Positions 1 through 8,200 of a stretch of 64,000 bases of DNA are shown piece by piece (position 1 is the first letter of the stretch; the number at the start of each line of letters is the position of its first letter). Under the pieces are notes generated by a model. The model had not been told where the DNA came from and made no database searches. It saw only the letters and a program-made list of their open reading frames with translations. This DNA is from Candidatus Flemingiibacterium sp. (lineage in GTDB: Bacteria; Bacillota; Clostridia; Oscillospirales; CAG-272): assembly GCA_045578725.1 (NCBI GenBank), contig JAZNKS010000105.1, positions 1,423-65,422 on the forward strand. The letters are read 5' to 3'. Both the position numbers and the translations under genes were made by a program.

Positions 1-440
1 TGTACAAAACGGCCAACAGCACCGATCACCCATACCGAAAACAGCAGATAGGCACCGACCTCCAGCCATTTTTCGGCCGATGCGCTCATACGCCGCCAAA
101 ACATTTGCAGGGAAGCGGAATGATGCCCCCGTTCCCATTGCGCCTTTTGAATCCGTTCATAATTTCCGTAGTCGGGATGGGCGACAATCCAGTTCCAGTT
201 TTCGCTGACCGCTTCGATTTCCGCATCCGAAGGACAGTCGGCTTCCGCTGTTTCAAACAGCACAACCGGCGGTACATGAATGCGGATCGGGAGAACAGCC
301 AGGATCAGTATGACGATCCAGACCGGATACATGATTCCCTCGCGGCCGCGGAGGAATCGCCGGCGAAGCAGGAGGGCTGCTCCGCCGGTCAGAGTAAACA
401 CAGTTGACAGAGCGGCAAGAGTCAGAACAAAGTGCAGCAT
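1..440 (-). CDS. BlaR1/MecR1-like M56 family membrane protein, N-terminal part (runs off window start)
   Basis: Not in the ORF track. Manual translation from ATG at 440 gives MLHFVLTLAALSTVFTLTGGAALLLRRRF...IMYPVWIVILILAVLPIRI...YLLFSVWVIGAVGRFV with no stop to base 1. TM pattern is typical of M56 N-termini; it lies directly downstream of a BlaI-like gene with an RBS (AAGGA). Confidence 0.75.
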   Translation of the reverse strand, partial: MLHFVLTLAALSTVFTLTGGAALLLRRRFLRGREGIMYPVWIVILILAVLPIRIHVPPVVLFETAEADCPSDAEIEAVSENWNWIVAHPDYGNYERIQKAQWERGHHSASLQMFWRRMSASAEKWLEVGAYLLFSVWVIGAVGRFV

Positions 441-457
441 GATGCCGACCTGTTCCT

Positions 458-871
458 TTATTTGTCTGCGTCCTCAGCGGCAAGCCCGCGACGAAGATCC
501 GCAATATCTTCATCCGAAAGGATACCGTCGCTGTAGAGTGCACAGATCATGCCTCTCGTATCGTTCTTGAACACCGTGGCAACAAAATCCGCCGCCGCAT
601 GATGCTTGTATTCGTTTTCATCGGCCAGTACAACGGCGCAGTTGGAGCGTCCGTGCTTTTCCAGGCGGATAAAGCCCTTATCCTGCAGACGGGTGGTGAG
701 AGTGAGAATCGTTGTGATCGCCAGATGGCCTACCACATGGGGATAGGTATCCACGATTGTCTTGGCATTGATGTCTTTTACGCCCTTGCGATCCAGTTCC
801 CAGATCAGCTGCATGATGGTCAGCTCGGATTCGGGCAGCTTGACGTAATTCTTCTTGTTCTTGCGGATCAT
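458..871 (-). CDS. BlaI/MecI/CopY family transcriptional repressor
   Basis: KLPESELTIMQLIWE...TTILTLTTRLQDKGFI winged-HTH signature; ATG 871 preceded by AAGGAG. Confidence 0.88.
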   Translation of the reverse strand: MIRKNKKNYVKLPESELTIMQLIWELDRKGVKDINAKTIVDTYPHVVGHLAITTILTLTTRLQDKGFIRLEKHGRSNCAVVLADENEYKHHAAADFVATVFKNDTRGMICALYSDGILSDEDIADLRRGLAAEDADK

Positions 872-928
872 AGCAATATCTCCTTTATTTCGGTTACCGT
901 TTATCGGGCTCCGATTGTTTCTGTCATT

Positions 929-958
929 ATTATACACGATACGGATTTGTTCCGTCAA
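929..958 (-). promoter_or_regulatory. sigma-A promoter of the blaI-like gene with an overlapping palindrome (candidate operator)
   Basis: TTGACG-18-TATAAT on the minus strand; inverted repeat ACGGA-N5-TCCGT at 941-955. Confidence 0.6.
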
Positions 959-1013
959 TACATTTTTTGAAAATTTACGGTATTTTCTGTATTTTTGCGG
1001 TCATACGGCGTTT

Positions 1014-1871
1014 TTACTCCTTACGGAAGGCAACAGGCGGTATTCCGATGATCTGCTTGAACACCCGTGAAAACAGACTGATATCCCCGAATCCGGTTTC
1101 AGCGGCAATATCGGCAATGGATCGGTCAGTTGTCTTGAGCAGATCGATCGCCTTGGCAACGCGGAATTTCCGGACATACTCCGAGGGGGTCATGGCCATG
1201 ACCGCCTTGAACTGCTTGGTCAGATAGTCGGCCGACAGCCCGGCATACGCGGCAATATCCTTACCGCTGATATCCTCCCGGTAATGATCCTCCACATACT
1301 GCAGAGCGCTGTAAATGTAGCCGCAGTAGCCCCGGCTGTCATCGCCTGCGACCTCTTCCGCGCTGTTCTGGATCATTCGCGAGAACATAATGAGAAAGCG
1401 GATCAGCAGACTTTTGAGATTCAGCTCCCATCCGATTCCCTTGTTCTGACGTTCCCAGCGCATCTGCTCCAGCAGCATGACCAGATCGTGACGGTCAGCC
1501 GGCGAAACGCGGATGAGCGGCAGATGGGGATTTTTTTCGCCGCCCCGGTTCCAGTCGATACCGGGCAGGCGGAGGATCTCCTCCTTCAGATCGCCCAGAT
1601 CATCCAGATAAAACAGGCAGTTGTACAGACTGGTATGATACACGCTGTTGTAGGAATGGATATCGCCCGGGAAAATGGCGAACAGATCGCCCGCCGTCAG
1701 CACGGTGGTTTTCCCGTTGTAGGAATGAAGGGAGAATCCCTTATCGATATAGACGAATTCAAAGAAACCGTGAGTATGCTTCCAATACTTTCCTTGGTGC
1801 TCGCAGTTCAGCACAACAATTTTGACGCTGTTCTCCGGGAAATAACGCTGGTCCAATTCAATAAACGGCAT
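1014..1871 (-). CDS. AraC family transcriptional regulator (cupin sensor + double HTH)
   Basis: HTHGFFEFVYI cupin motif; C-terminal SIADIAAETGFGDISLFSRVFKQIIGIPP AraC signature. Confidence 0.93.
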   Translation of the reverse strand: MPFIELDQRYFPENSVKIVVLNCEHQGKYWKHTHGFFEFVYIDKGFSLHSYNGKTTVLTAGDLFAIFPGDIHSYNSVYHTSLYNCLFYLDDLGDLKEEILRLPGIDWNRGGEKNPHLPLIRVSPADRHDLVMLLEQMRWERQNKGIGWELNLKSLLIRFLIMFSRMIQNSAEEVAGDDSRGYCGYIYSALQYVEDHYREDISGKDIAAYAGLSADYLTKQFKAVMAMTPSEYVRKFRVAKAIDLLKTTDRSIADIAAETGFGDISLFSRVFKQIIGIPPVAFRKE

Positions 1872-1909
1872 AGGCTCTCCTGTCGCTTCCGGTAAAATTC
1901 TCTGCCGAT

Positions 1910-1938
1910 ATTATAGCATATTCCGACCGAAAACGCAA
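1910..1938 (-). promoter_or_regulatory. sigma-A promoter for the AraC gene
   Basis: TTGCGT-17-TATAAT with extended -10 TG. Confidence 0.55.
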
Positions 1939-1984
1939 GCTGTTTTTCGGAATTCGGAAACTTTCCCTTCTGCTGTTTTACTTC

Positions 1985-2013
1985 TTGACAGCCGCGGTGT
2001 TTCGTGATATAAT
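1985..2013 (+). promoter_or_regulatory. consensus sigma-A promoter
   Basis: TTGACA-17-TATAAT with TG extension, 34 nt before the GDPD start. Confidence 0.8.
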
Positions 2014-2047
2014 GACGGCAAATCGATCTTCATAAGGGAGTGTTTCC

Positions 2048-2779
2048 ATGTTTGATAAGCTGTTCTGTGCTCACCGCGGTCTGTCCGCTCTGATGCCGGA
2101 AAATACCCTGCCCGCTTTTTCCGCCGCTCATGCTCTCGGAGCCGATGAAATCGAGCTGGATGTCCGTCTCACAAAGGACGGGCAGATCGCCGTCACGCAT
2201 GATAAGAATCTGGAGCGGATCTCCGACGGCACCGGCCTCATCGCCGAGCATACGATGGACGAGCTCCGAAAAATGAACATCGGCATCAAGCACGGCTGGG
2301 AGATTTCCTTCTGCTCGGCCGAGGAGGTCTTCGCGCTGCTTGCCAACCGGCTGACCTTCAATATCCATATCAAGGAGGTTGGCGAGGATGGCTGTCTGAT
2401 CCGTCAGCTGACCGACCTGGTGGAAAAGTACAATGCCGCCGATCATGTCTATTATGCCGCCAATCCCCGCGAGTGCAGCGGCTTCGATCACATTATCCGT
2501 ATCGCGCCTCAAATCGAGCGCTGTGCCATCCAGCTGCCAAGTGACACCGAAAACATCTGCGATATGGCTCTGCGGCTTGGATGCCGGCGCATTCAGTTCT
2601 GGCGCGGGCTGTACGATCAGGCTCTCATCGACCGTCTGCACAGCGAGGGAATCCGCTGCAATCTCTTCAACGCCGATAGCATTGAGGGCTTTGAAAGTGC
2701 CTTTGGGATGGGGATCGATACCATTCTCACCAACCGTATGGATCTTGCCGCCGTTTACCGCCGTGCGCGGATGAACTAA
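2048..2779 (+). CDS. glycerophosphodiester phosphodiesterase family protein (cytoplasmic)
   Basis: AHRG...PENTLPAF...IELDVRLTKDG...VTHD...ILTN GDPD motifs; RBS AAGGGAG. Confidence 0.9.
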   Translation: MFDKLFCAHRGLSALMPENTLPAFSAAHALGADEIELDVRLTKDGQIAVTHDKNLERISDGTGLIAEHTMDELRKMNIGIKHGWEISFCSAEEVFALLANRLTFNIHIKEVGEDGCLIRQLTDLVEKYNAADHVYYAANPRECSGFDHIIRIAPQIERCAIQLPSDTENICDMALRLGCRRIQFWRGLYDQALIDRLHSEGIRCNLFNADSIEGFESAFGMGIDTILTNRMDLAAVYRRARMN

Positions 2780-2822
2780 TCGGAATTTCCCCGATTTTTC
2801 CGCACAAATTCAGCAAAACCCC

Positions 2823-2851
2823 TTGACATTCCGGACGTTATATGGTATAAT
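2823..2851 (+). promoter_or_regulatory. consensus sigma-A promoter of rplU-prp-rpmA
   Basis: TTGACA-17-TATAAT with TG extension. Confidence 0.85.
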
Positions 2852-2854
2852 AAA

Positions 2855-2955
2855 GGGCCGCTTGAAGATGGCTTTGTTAAATTTCCGTGTATATCACAGG
2901 AATGCCACTCTTTGGCGAGTTCATAGCTCATTTGAGCTGTTCAGAAAGTGAGGTG
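2855..2955 (+). ncRNA. probable ribosomal protein L21 leader (cis-regulatory 5' UTR)
   Basis: About 100-nt leader between promoter and rplU, containing GCCGC...GGCGAGT and small hairpins, at the position of the Firmicute L21 leader. Not confirmed by covariance model. Confidence 0.5.
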
Positions 2956-2961
2956 CTTTTC

Positions 2962-3273
2962 GTGTTTGCAGTTATCGAAACGGGCGGAAAGCAGTATAAG
3001 GTTAACGAAGGCGACGTAATCTTCATTGAGAAGCTTGACGTTGAAGCCGGAGACAAGGTTACTTTTGACAAGGTACTTGCTCTCTCCACCGGCGAGAAGT
3101 TCGCTGCGGGCGCTCCCTATGTTGAGGGCGCAAGCGTAGTGGCTAATGTCGTTAAGAACGGCAAGGGCCCGAAGATTCATGTACTGAAGTACAAGTCCAA
3201 GAAGGACTCCAAGAAGAAGATCGGCCACAGACAGCCTTACACCAAGGTTCAGATCGAAAAGATCGTCGGCTAA
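2962..3273 (+). CDS. rplU: 50S ribosomal protein L21
   Basis: (M)[13 protein letters not shown]...[17 protein letters not shown] start after GAGGTG RBS. Confidence 0.98.
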   Translation: MFAVIETGGKQYKVNEGDVIFIEKLDVEAGDKVTFDKVLALSTGEKFAAGAPYVEGASVVANVVKNGKGPKIHVLKYKSKKDSKKKIGHRQPYTKVQIEKIVG

Positions 3274-3282
3274 TTTTCTCTC

Positions 3283-3639
3283 ATGACAAAGATCGTTTTT
3301 TACAAGTGGGGTAACGTCTTTTACGGTTTCTCGGAGACGGGTCACACCGGATACGGCGAATCGGGCAACGACATTCTGTGCGCAGCCCTTTCGTCCATGA
3401 CGATGCTGATCATCAACACCATCGAGGTGGCCTACGCCTCGGATGTGAAGTACACCATCGATGAGAATACCACCGATATTCAGGTGATCGCTCACAGCGC
3501 CCTCCGCGATTTTGAGGAGGATGAATGCAAGCGCTTCGCCATTTCGGGACTTATCCAGGCTTATTACTACCAGCTCAACGATATGCTCGAGGATTATTAC
3601 GATTATCTCGATGTTGAAGTGGTAGAAGAACTGATCTGA
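3283..3639 (+). CDS. prp: ribosomal-processing cysteine protease Prp
   Basis: GHTGYG...DILCAALS His/Cys dyad; lies between rplU and rpmA. Confidence 0.93.
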   Translation: MTKIVFYKWGNVFYGFSETGHTGYGESGNDILCAALSSMTMLIINTIEVAYASDVKYTIDENTTDIQVIAHSALRDFEEDECKRFAISGLIQAYYYQLNDMLEDYYDYLDVEVVEELI

Positions 3640-3709
3640 CTTCAGCGATTCGGTTTTCACACGAATTATCGCAGTATTTTCCAATACATTCGGGAAAGGA
3701 GTAACCACC

Positions 3710-3988
3710 ATGTTAAAACTCAGCTTACAGTTTTTCGCTCATAAGAAGGGTGTCGGTTCGACCAAGAACGGCCGCGACAGCGAAGCAAAGCGTCTCGGCG
3801 TCAAGAAGTCGGACGGCCAGCCTGTAAAGGCCGGCAACATCATCATCAGACAGAGAGGCACCGCCGTTCATCCCGGCAACAATGTCGGCATCGGCTCCGA
3901 TGATACTCTCTTCGCTCTGATCGACGGTAAGGTTAAGTTTGAGCACATCGCAGGCGGCAAGAAGGCTGTCAGCGTTTACAACGCTTAA
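3710..3988 (+). CDS. rpmA: 50S ribosomal protein L27 with Prp-cleaved N-terminal extension
   Basis: [24 protein letters not shown]...RQRGT. Confidence 0.98.
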   Translation: MLKLSLQFFAHKKGVGSTKNGRDSEAKRLGVKKSDGQPVKAGNIIIRQRGTAVHPGNNVGIGSDDTLFALIDGKVKFEHIAGGKKAVSVYNA

Positions 3989-4003
3989 TTACCTTAGACT
4001 TTC

Positions 4004-4040
4004 AAAAAAATCCTCTGCGCTCCGCGCGGAGGATTTTTTT
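4004..4040 (+). terminator. intrinsic terminator after rpmA
   Basis: A7-TCCTCTGCGC-tcc-GCGCGGAGGA-T7. Confidence 0.85.
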
Positions 4041-4083
4041 GGGCACACGCGATGCACCGCACAACAAATAATCGTTCGGCGGC

Positions 4084-4136
4084 TCAATATTTATACATTT
4101 ATCACCTTGACACACTCCCCCGCCGAGTGGTATAAT
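4084..4136 (+). promoter_or_regulatory. carAB promoter with possible upstream ARG-box-like site
   Basis: TTGACA (4107)-18-TATAAT (4131); TCAATATTTATACA at 4084-4097 resembles an ArgR/AhrC box. Confidence 0.6.
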
Positions 4137-4167
4137 ATTATGAAAAGACCAAAATGGAGGTATTCAT

Positions 4168-5250
4168 ATGCAAGCAAAACCCGCCTATCTGATTCTGGCC
4201 AACGGCACGGTTTTCGCCGGCCAGTCTTTCGGCTGTGAAGCCGATACGGTTGGTGAAATTTGTTTCACCACATCTATGACCGGCTATCTCGAAACTCTTA
4301 CGGATCCCGCATACTGCGGTCAGATCCTCGTGCAGACCTTCCCGCTCATCGGCAATTACGGTGTAATTGAGTCCGATCTTGAGAGTGCTGCACCCTCCCT
4401 TCGTGCCTATATTGTCAGAGACTTATGTCAAGAGCCTTCCAATTTTCGCTGCGAAGGTTGTCTTGACGTTTTTTTAAGTAAACACAAGGTGGTCGGTCTC
4501 TGCGGCATTGATACCCGCCGTCTTACCCGGATTATCCGCGAAGCCGGCACCATGAATGCTAAAATCGTTCACGAGCTGCCCGCCGATCTCCGTGCTGTCG
4601 TCGGTGAACTGAACGCTTACCAGCCCGGCAATCCCGTTATGGAAGTTACCGCCCGCGAGACCGCCGTCTACACCCCCGAAGATGTGCTGAAGAAGGTGGT
4701 TCTCTGGGATTTCGGTACACAGGCGTCTGTACGCCGTGCGCTGGTTGAGCGCGGATGCGAGGTCACGGTTGTCGGAGCCTCTGCTTCAGCCGAAGATATC
4801 CTCGCTCTGAATCCGGACGGCATCCTGATCTCCAACGGCCCCGGCGATCCCATGATCCAGACCGATCTCATTGCGAAAATCCGTAAGCTCGCCGAAGAGA
4901 AGATTCCGATGTTCGGCATTGGCCTCGGTCACATCCTGCTCGCTCTTTCGCAGGGCGCCGGCAGTGAAAAGCTCACGCCCGGACACCGCGGCGGCCAGCC
5001 GGTTATCCGTCTGGAGGACAACCGCGTCTTCATCACCTCGCAGAATCAGGGCTACACCGTAGGTCCCGATTCCCTGCCGGAGGGCTGCCGGATCAGCTAT
5101 AAGAACGGCAATGACGGCACCGTTGAAGGTCTGACATACGATAACCTGCCCGCATTCTCCGTATCGTTCTACCCCGGCACGGCCGGCGGTCCGATCGCCA
5201 CGGATTTCCTGTATGACCGTTTTATTGCCATGATGAAGGAGGCTAACTGA
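4168..5250 (+). CDS. carA: carbamoyl-phosphate synthase small subunit; glutaminase catalytic residues degenerate
   Basis: GEICFTTSMTGYLETLTDPAYCGQI...PLIGNYG...GIDTRRLTRIIR...SNGPGDP are CarA motifs, but it has GIGLGHI and SVSFYPG instead of GICLGHQ and SVQFHPE. Confidence 0.93.
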   Translation: MQAKPAYLILANGTVFAGQSFGCEADTVGEICFTTSMTGYLETLTDPAYCGQILVQTFPLIGNYGVIESDLESAAPSLRAYIVRDLCQEPSNFRCEGCLDVFLSKHKVVGLCGIDTRRLTRIIREAGTMNAKIVHELPADLRAVVGELNAYQPGNPVMEVTARETAVYTPEDVLKKVVLWDFGTQASVRRALVERGCEVTVVGASASAEDILALNPDGILISNGPGDPMIQTDLIAKIRKLAEEKIPMFGIGLGHILLALSQGAGSEKLTPGHRGGQPVIRLEDNRVFITSQNQGYTVGPDSLPEGCRISYKNGNDGTVEGLTYDNLPAFSVSFYPGTAGGPIATDFLYDRFIAMMKEAN

Positions 5251-5251
5251 T

Positions 5252-8200
5252 ATGCCGCTGCGCAAGGATATAAAGAAAGTTATGGTTATCGGCTCCGGCC
5301 CGATTGTCATCGGACAGGCCGCCGAGTTTGACTACGCCGGCACCCAGGCCTGCCGTGCTCTGAAGGAAGACGGACTGGAGGTTGTTCTTGTCAACTCCAA
5401 TCCCGCTACCATCATGACCGACAATGCCATGGCCGATGAAGTCTACATCGAGCCGCTGACTCTGCCTACCATCAAGCGCATCATCGAAAAGGAGCGCCCT
5501 GATTCCCTGCTCTCCACGCTGGGCGGCCAGACCGGTCTGACCCTGTCCATGCAGCTGGCCAAGGAAGGCTTCCTCGACAAGATGGGCGTCAAGCTTCTCG
5601 GTGCCAATCCCGAAACGATTGACAAGGCCGAAGACCGTCAGATGTTCAAGGACACCATGATGAAGATCGGCCAGCCCTGCATCCCGTCCACCGTTGTCAA
5701 CGATCTGGAGGCGGCGCTGGACTTCGCTCACGCCAACGGCTATCCGCTGATTCTCCGTCCCGCCTTCACGCTCGGCGGCACCGGCGGCGGCATTGCCAAC
5801 AACGAAGACGAATTCATCGAGATTACCAATACCGGCCTCCACGCCTCGCCGATCCATCAGGTTCTGGTTGAAAAGTGTGTCTCCGGCTGGAAGGAGATCG
5901 AATTCGAGGTTATGCGCGACAGCGCCGGCAACGTTATCACCATCTGCTCGATGGAAAACGTGGATCCTGTCGGCGTTCATACCGGTGACAGCGTGGTTGT
6001 CGCTCCGGCTGTCACCCTTTCCGATAAGGAATACCAGATGCTCCGTTCGGCGGCTCTGTCGATCATCGACGAGCTGAAGATCGAGGGCGGCTGCAACTGT
6101 CAGTTCGCGCTCCATCCCGAGAGCTTTGAATATGCGGTCATCGAGGTCAACCCCCGCGTATCCCGTTCGTCCGCGCTGGCTTCCAAGGCCACCGGCTATC
6201 CGATCGCCAAGGTTGCCGCCAAGATCGCCATCGGCTACACTCTGCCGGAAATCCTTAACGCGGTTACCGGTACGACCTACGCCTGCTTTGAGCCGACCAT
6301 CGACTATATGGTTGTCAAATTCCCCAAGTGGCCCTTCGATAAATTCGTCTATGCCAAGCGCACGCTCGGCACCCAGATGAAGGCCACCGGCGAGGTTATG
6401 GCTATCGGCACCACCTTTGAGCAGGCCATGATGAAGGCGGTCCGCGGTGTCGAAATCGGCATGACCAGCCTCTCCCACGCCAAGTACCGCTCCCTGTCCG
6501 ACGAGGATGTGGCATCCCGTCTGCACAACGTGGATGATGAGCGCCTCTTCATCGTTTATGAGGCCCTCCGCCGCGGCGTATCCGTGGATGAGATTCATTC
6601 GATCACGATGATCGATGAGTGGTTCCTCTGCAAGTTCCTCAATCTGATCGCCATGGAGAAGCAGCTCGCTTCCGGCGTACTTGATGATGCTCTGTATCTG
6701 GGGGCCAAGAAGCTCGGCTTCCCGGACAAGCTGATCGAAGAGCTGAACGGCAATAAGCTCCCCGCCGGTATGCACCGCTCGGCCGTATACAAGGTCGTTG
6801 ATACCTGCGCCGCCGAGGTTTCCGCCGAAACGCCCTACTTCTATTCCACCTATGATGAGGAGAACGAGGCCCGCGAGTTCATTGACAATCACAAGGATCC
6901 CGCCAAGAAGACCGTCATCGTCTTCGGCTCCGGCCCGATCCGCATCGGTCAGGGTATTGAGTTCGACTATGCATCGGTTCACTGCGTATGGTCCCTGAAG
7001 AAGGCCGGCTACGATGTTGTCATCGTCAACAACAACCCCGAAACCGTATCCACCGACTTTGACACGGCCGACCGCCTCTACTTCGAGCCGCTGACTCCCG
7101 AGGATGTCATGAACATCATCGAAACCGAAAAGCCCTATGGCGTTGTCGTTGCCTTCGGCGGTCAGACAGCCATCAAGCTGACCAAGTTCATGTACGAAAA
7201 CGGTGTCAACATTCTCGGTACCTCCGCCGATTCCATCGATGCCGCCGAGGACCGCGAGCGCTTCGATGCCCTCCTGGAGGAGCATCACATCGAGCGCCCG
7301 ACCGGATTCACGGTTATGTCTACGGAAGAGGCACTCACCATTGCCAACCGTGTCGGCTATCCTGTTCTGATGCGTCCCTCCTACGTTCTGGGCGGACAGA
7401 ATATGATTATCGCCTTCAACGATGACGATATCAAGGAATACATGGCCATCATCCTTGCCAACAACATCGAGAACCCCGTGCTCATCGATAAGTATCTGAT
7501 GGGTATCGAGCTTGAGGTTGATGCCATCTGCGACGGCGAGGACATCCTGATACCCGGCATCATGGAGCACGTCGAGCGCACCGGTATCCACTCCGGTGAC
7601 TCCATTGCGGTATATCCGTCCTGGAACATCTCGGACAAGCTCCGGGCCGAAATCCTCGACTGCACCAAGAAGCTCTCCGTTTCGCTGAAGATCATGGGTC
7701 TGGTCAACATCCAGTACCTGATCTATAAGGATCAGCTTTATGTCATCGAGGTCAACCCCCGTTCGTCCCGTACCATCCCCTATATCAGCAAGGTTACCGG
7801 CGTTCCGATGGTCGATCTCGCTACCCGCTGTATGCTCGGTGAAAAGCTGGCCGATATGGGCTACGGCACCGGCATCTACAAGACTTCGCCTTATGTTGCT
7901 GTCAAGGTTCCGGTCTTCTCCTTTGAGAAGCTGATGAATGTAGACAACCACCTCGGTCCGGAAATGAAGTCAACCGGTGAGGTTCTGGGTCTGGCCAGCA
8001 CCCGCGAGGAGGCGCTCTACAAGGGCCTCGTTGCTGCCGGCTATACCATGAAGAAAAATGGCGGCGTCTTCATCACCGTCCGCGACAGCGATAAGTCGGA
8101 AATCGCCGATACTGCCAAACGCTTCTACGATCTCGGCTTTGAGCTGTATGCTACCCGCGGCACCGCCCGGATCCTTGATGACTACGGTCTGCCGGTAACA

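Noticed and set aside
2962..3988. L27 N-terminal extension with a protease gene between rplU and rpmA
   Set aside because: Well-established Firmicute Prp/L27 maturation system; not novel.
4168..5250. carA as a pseudogene or sequencing error
   Set aside because: Full-length frame, good RBS and promoter, conserved structural motifs, and substitutions concentrated at several separate catalytic positions.
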